Shown: one piece after another, positions 60,208-63,531 of the stretch
Numbering within the stretch: position 1 is the stretch's first letter
Layout: each line of letters begins with the position of its first letter
From: an uncultured Alphaproteobacteria bacterium
GTDB taxonomy: Bacteria; Pseudomonadota; Alphaproteobacteria; RF32; CAG-239
Direction: 5' to 3'
Assembly (NCBI GenBank): GCA_946629975.1
Contig: CAMOYJ010000001.1
Location: 1-63,531 of the forward strand
Length of the DNA: 63,531 nt
Notes under the pieces: model-generated
Told to the model about the DNA's origin: nothing
What the model saw: the letters and a program-made list of their open reading frames with translations, nothing else
The model's database searches: none
Position numbers and translations under genes: made by a program

Positions 60208-60699
60208 TTATGAAAGTTTAAAAACGCAAGATACCTGTTTGAAACCTTGCTTTTTGTAAAAATTATGCGCGGAATGGTTGTTTTTGCCGGATTCTAAATA
60301 TATATCCTCAATGCCTAAATCGGCAAACCAGTCGAGCCCTTTTTGCAAAAGTTGTTCTCCCAAACCATGACGACGAAACTTTTTTCGCACAACCATATCA
60401 CAAACAACTCCGAATTTGCGCCAATCATCATCTGTGACCATAAAAACCCCGAAAGCGATGATTTTGCCGGCGCGCTGATATTTTAAAACAAGCGACGGAT
60501 ATTTACGGCTTTTGTTTTCAATTTTCTTTTTAATGTAATATCTCCAACGTTCCTCAGCCCCTTGGAGAATATTTCCTTTGAAACCCGCAATACCCATTTG
60601 CATTTCGCCATGTGAAATATAGGAATGTTTTTCTTCCAAAACCTGAAAGAACATTTGAGACAAAACAGGAATGTCTTTAAGATGTGCTTTTTGCCACAT
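60208..60699 (-). CDS. GNAT-family N-acetyltransferase
   Basis: VVRKKFRRHGLGEQLL...AHNFYKKQGF motifs A and B. Confidence 0.7.
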   Translation of the reverse strand: MWQKAHLKDIPVLSQMFFQVLEEKHSYISHGEMQMGIAGFKGNILQGAEERWRYYIKKKIENKSRKYPSLVLKYQRAGKIIAFGVFMVTDDDWRKFGVVCDMVVRKKFRRHGLGEQLLQKGLDWFADLGIEDIYLESGKNNHSAHNFYKKQGFKQVSCVFKLS

Positions 60700-60855
60700 T
60701 TGATCCTCAAATAAAAAAAAACAGATATTTTGAAAATATGCTAAAGCAAGAATGTTAAAATATCATTAGCTTCAAAGAGTTTATTTTTTTATCAAAAATT
60801 CTTTCTTGCATCAAAAATAAAATATGCTAACATCATGTGAGCAAAAGGAGTTCAT

Positions 60856-61386
60856 ATGAAAATCACTTTGAAAAACGGACAAGAAGCCGCATTACGACGC
60901 ATCCGAGCAAAAGACTATGAAGATGTGATGACTTTTTTAGATAAATTTTCTCGCGGAAAGGGTGCTGTTTGGACACATCAATACCCGAACCAACCTAAAA
61001 AAGATAAACAAAAATCTGTTGAACATTATGAATCGGATGATGAATTGTTTGTTGGTGTTTTTGTGGGGAAAAATATTGTTGCGGAAGGATCCGTTCATCT
61101 CAAAAAGGTGGCAGATCCGTGGAGTGTGAAACAAGCAAGTTTCGGATTATGCGTGTTGGAAGAATACACGAGTATGGGCATCGGAACGCGTATGCTCAAA
61201 GAGCTTGAAAAGTGGGCGCTCAAAAGAAAGGTTCATCGTATTTTTGCAACCGTTCGCCACAACAATAAAAGAGCTTTGGGGCTGTATTTGAAAATGGGCT
61301 ATCAAATTGAGGGAACAGCTCGAGAAACAGCGTTTTTTGACAACGAATGGCAGCATGAATACCACATTGCAAAAATCATAAAATAA
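60856..61386 (+). CDS. GNAT-family N-acetyltransferase
   Basis: VLEEYTSMGIGTRMLKELEKWA...NNKRALGLYLKMGYQIEG motifs. Confidence 0.75.
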   Translation: MKITLKNGQEAALRRIRAKDYEDVMTFLDKFSRGKGAVWTHQYPNQPKKDKQKSVEHYESDDELFVGVFVGKNIVAEGSVHLKKVADPWSVKQASFGLCVLEEYTSMGIGTRMLKELEKWALKRKVHRIFATVRHNNKRALGLYLKMGYQIEGTARETAFFDNEWQHEYHIAKIIK

Positions 61387-61392
61387 ACAATC

Positions 61393-61419
61393 AAAAAAAA
61401 CAGCCCCATGAAGGGGCTC
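61393..61419. terminator. Hairpin terminator (strong on the minus strand)
   Basis: agcccc-atgaa-ggggct. The minus-strand transcript is followed by U8, whereas the plus strand lacks a U-run. Confidence 0.55.
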
Positions 61420-61425
61420 GTTAGT

Positions 61426-61536
61426 GGCTGCGCGGAGTGTACAATCTTCGAACTTTTAGAGCACCACCGTGCAGAAATAATTGCAGTTAAGGAGCAGATG
61501 CGGTATGTGGAAGAAAGACTCATAAAAAATGCCTCA
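61426..61536 (+). repeat. Conserved module M, copy 1 (GGCTGC box plus codon-like conserved segment)
   Basis: Its first 33 nt match 62469-62501 with one mismatch. The remainder is ~70 % identical to 62502-62579 in one reading frame. Confidence 0.7.
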
Positions 61537-61549
61537 CCGAAAAGATGAG
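61523..61549 (-). terminator. Rho-independent terminator of 61580-62143
   Basis: Minus-strand hairpin ctcatc-ttttc-ggtgag (one G-U pair) followed by a U-run. Confidence 0.55.
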
Positions 61550-61579
61550 ACATTAAATTATTCTCAACTACCTTTCATT

Positions 61580-62143
61580 TTACATCTCTCGACCATTGGT
61601 ACGAGTTTGATGGCCATTTTCTTGTGGCATATATGTATCTTTGACAGCGGTTTTAATTGTTAATATTTGTTCGTCATTTAAGCCAATTGCATGCCCAAGC
61701 TCCTCACCATGTTTCCATGTTGCTATCAGATATTTACAAATTGCTCTGTCTCCTGCATGACAGTATGTATCAGGCACATAATCTACGTATTCGTGACCAT
61801 CTTTAATATATTTAGTTTCATAACCAAAGCGAAAGAAATTTCGTTTCACTTTACTGTATACACCAGCTGTTAATCTGCCACCGTTTTTTTTCATTTCTAC
61901 CTGAATGGCTCTTCCTATAATTTCGGAATCTCTCGCAATAATGTCACACATATCAAAAGTTTTTATGTTATTTGCCAACTCTTGATCAGTACATTTATAA
62001 GTTTCAGAATCAATACTTGAAATAAATTTTTTTTGTTCTTCTAAAAATTTTTTCTTGTTAATTTTATCATATGCGAAACTGAAAGACTGCTCAATTTTTT
62101 CCTTCAGCGTATAATTAGGAGTTGGCATATATATTCCCATCAT
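61580..62143 (-). CDS. Hypothetical protein (cassette gene B)
   Basis: 187 aa. SD gaaagga before ATGATG, with its own TTGACA-17-TAAAAT promoter. No family recognised. Confidence 0.55.
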   Translation of the reverse strand: MMGIYMPTPNYTLKEKIEQSFSFAYDKINKKKFLEEQKKFISSIDSETYKCTDQELANNIKTFDMCDIIARDSEIIGRAIQVEMKKNGGRLTAGVYSKVKRNFFRFGYETKYIKDGHEYVDYVPDTYCHAGDRAICKYLIATWKHGEELGHAIGLNDEQILTIKTAVKDTYMPQENGHQTRTNGREM

Positions 62144-62193
62144 TTTATCCTTTCAAAATTTATCTAATACAAAGAATCACTTCTTATGTTCTC

Positions 62194-62222
62194 ATTTTAC
62201 CACCCTCCCGATATTTTGTCAA
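62194..62222 (-). promoter_or_regulatory. Sigma70-type promoter of cassette gene B
   Basis: The minus strand reads TTGACA, 17-nt spacer, TAAAAT. Confidence 0.55.
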
Positions 62223-62304
62223 TTTTTTTATGCAAAAAAACGATTTTTTTATTCAAAATAAAAATAAAGGGCTCTCGACGTGTTGTGAGAACCCTGTTCA
62301 ACTT

Positions 62305-62474
62305 GGCTGCTTTACCTGGACTGGGCTACGGCTTTTATCAAAAAAGCCTCGCCCGATCTTGTCGCGTGCCGACATTGCCGTCACGCACCGCGATTTCGAA
62401 CCGCTTGGTTCTTCACCATAGGATAAAATAGCCAACAAAAAAAGCACCGCAAGGGTGCTGTTTTCGTTGGCTGC
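62305..62474. repeat. Structured repeat E, copy 1 (four hairpins, bounded by GGCTGC boxes)
   Basis: About 93 % identical by eye to 63363-63531. Hairpins at 62323-62354, 62364-62386, 62398-62411 and 62430-62472. Confidence 0.85.
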
Positions 62475-62579
62475 ACGGAGTGTACAATCTTCGAACTTTT
62501 AAAAGCCCATCGCCTGGAAGTTGTTGCCATAAGAGAACAACTCAGTTTTGTTAGAAAAAGACTTATAAAAAATACCTCA
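62469..62579 (+). repeat. Conserved module M, copy 2
   Basis: See 61426-61536. It follows repeat E directly and has no in-frame start codon. Confidence 0.7.
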
Positions 62580-62596
62580 ATTATTAAAATTGAGGC
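62565..62596 (-). terminator. Rho-independent terminator of 62623-63273
   Basis: cctcaat/attgagg hairpin. The minus-strand transcript is followed by a U-rich run. Confidence 0.55.
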
Positions 62597-62622
62597 GCGA
62601 AATGTCCATAATAAAGAAAAAA

Positions 62623-63273
62623 TCACTTACCTTGAGATTTTTTGAATTTTGTTTTTGCAACAGATACGGCGATATTATTAAATGCTTTTGAATCGGCAAT
62701 TTTAGCGGCTGCTTTTTGAAGTTTTGGCTTATCTTCAAGTTTTTTAAGTTGCTCTTCTTTTTTCTTTTCAACATGTTGCTTAGCAAAATAAATTTTTGTG
62801 TCTTCAACACCATCTTTATCAAAATGTTTAATTCCGCCCTTTTCAGTCCATTCAAACTCTTTTTGTTTTGAATTAGGATAATATACACGTTTGGTTGAAT
62901 TACATTCGATACAATTTTCTAATTCATCAAAACGACAGAAAATCTCTCCTCCATCTGAGTTAGAATAATGAGATGATGACATTTTTCCGTTTTCATATCT
63001 GTATACGGATTTACTTTCCGAATAATCAGAACAAGAAAATGAGTCATATTCATCTTTTGCTTCATGAGTTAACAATTTTGAGAGTCTATCTTCCTGTTTT
63101 TTCCATGCTTCTTCGAATTTTTCTTTCAAAAGTGCTGGTGGTTCTTTTCTTTTTTGTTCTTTTGAAGATTTTTGATAACCATTGCCTGATGTGCCACGTC
63201 TTCTCATTCGAGATAAATTTGCAACCGTTGCAGCATTAGCCGCTGCAGTTGCTGCAGATATAATCACAACCAT
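62623..63273 (-). CDS. Hypothetical protein (cassette gene A)
   Basis: 216 aa with an Ala-rich N-terminus and Lys/Glu-rich regions. Has its own promoter. No family recognised. Confidence 0.55.
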   Translation of the reverse strand: MVVIISAATAAANAATVANLSRMRRRGTSGNGYQKSSKEQKRKEPPALLKEKFEEAWKKQEDRLSKLLTHEAKDEYDSFSCSDYSESKSVYRYENGKMSSSHYSNSDGGEIFCRFDELENCIECNSTKRVYYPNSKQKEFEWTEKGGIKHFDKDGVEDTKIYFAKQHVEKKKEEQLKKLEDKPKLQKAAAKIADSKAFNNIAVSVAKTKFKKSQGK

Positions 63274-63308
63274 ACTTTATTCCTTTCGAGATTCCAATTT
63301 ATGGTAAT

Positions 63309-63338
63309 AGTATAGCAGAAAACAAGCATTAAAGTCAA
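63309..63338 (-). promoter_or_regulatory. Sigma70-type promoter of cassette gene A
   Basis: The minus strand reads TTGACT, 18-nt spacer, TATACT. Confidence 0.5.
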
Positions 63339-63362
63339 TCTTTTTTGATATTTTTGATTAGT

Positions 63363-63531
63363 GGCTGCTTGAACTGGACTGGGCTGCGGCTTTTATAAAA
63401 AAGCCTCGCCCGATCTTGTCGTGTGTCGACGTTGCCGACACACACTGCGATTTCGAACCCCTTGGTTCTTCACCATAGGATAAAATAGCCAACAAAAAAA
63501 GCACCGCAAGGGTGCTGTTTTCGTTGGCTGC
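63363..63531. repeat. Structured repeat E, copy 2 (ends exactly at the window edge)
   Basis: Colinear with 62305-62474. The last ~75 nt look identical by eye. The window ends at the second GGCTGC box. Confidence 0.85.

Noticed and set aside
62390-62420. tRNA/tmRNA-like fragment inside repeat E: a GGTTCGAAATC T-loop-like sequence on the minus strand, and GTTCTTC-A-CCA resembling an acceptor 3' end on the plus strand. This would suggest a genomic-island att site.
   Set aside because: No complementary acceptor 5' strand (gaagaac) is nearby. The T-stem would need a G-U at the invariant G53-C61 position. The ttcgaa core is simply palindromic. The tmRNA 5' motif GGGGCTG is absent.
62122-62431. Plus-strand ORFs of 99 and 81 aa running through the gene B promoter and repeat E.
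   Set aside because: Their N-terminal parts are AT-rich junk antisense to a promoter and gene start. The part inside E shows no codon-position pattern between the two E copies, where differences cluster in stems and are compensatory.
61393-63531. Classical integron cassette array with attC sites.
   Set aside because: No intI gene or attI site is in the window. Every cassette has its own strong promoter and terminator. The inverted boxes AGCCAAC/GTTGGCT each deviate from the RYYYAAC/GTTRRRY consensus and enclose only ~30 nt. It is retained only as an analogy in the findings.

Overview
This is an AT-rich chromosomal segment. Its gene content and synteny look alphaproteobacterial (inference from ffh-rpsP-rimM-trmD-rplS, rplM-rpsI, tRNA-Trp-secE-nusG, tolC-DUF2497-valS and rplU-rpmA-obg-rsfS). 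The many surface and secreted proteins hint at a host-associated lifestyle (Pmp-repeat autotransporter, BspA-type LRR protein, MliC, orphan pilin). Layout: (i) 1-6.7 kb holds a phage-derived tail-fibre/lysis block cut by the window edge. (ii) 7.8-20.4 kb holds housekeeping translation and secretion operons, an outer-membrane barrel gene and a large autotransporter. (iii) A synteny break follows nusG, with a 104-bp tandem repeat and two paralogous secreted proteins. (iv) Two RND efflux systems are present, one with its own outer-membrane factor and one with a TetR regulator, plus a separate TolC and a ybhGFSR-like ABC exporter. (v) Housekeeping genes (valS, gltX, typA, obg, sdaA) are interspersed with small secreted or lipoprotein genes. 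(vi) 61.4 kb to the window end holds an array of minus-strand orphan genes separated by highly structured conserved repeats. Two observations stand out. First, a three-member family of promoter + multi-helix leader + intrinsic terminator elements sits upstream of three unrelated envelope or surface protein genes (6733-7008, 30681-30872, 49967-50157). Clear helix covariation supports it, and it looks like an undescribed riboswitch-like or attenuator RNA. Second, the right-end cassette array (61393-63531) carries ~165-bp four-hairpin repeats with compensatory changes and a conserved codon-like module. The array runs off the window. All calls come from reading the sequence and the ORF track by eye; no searches were run.
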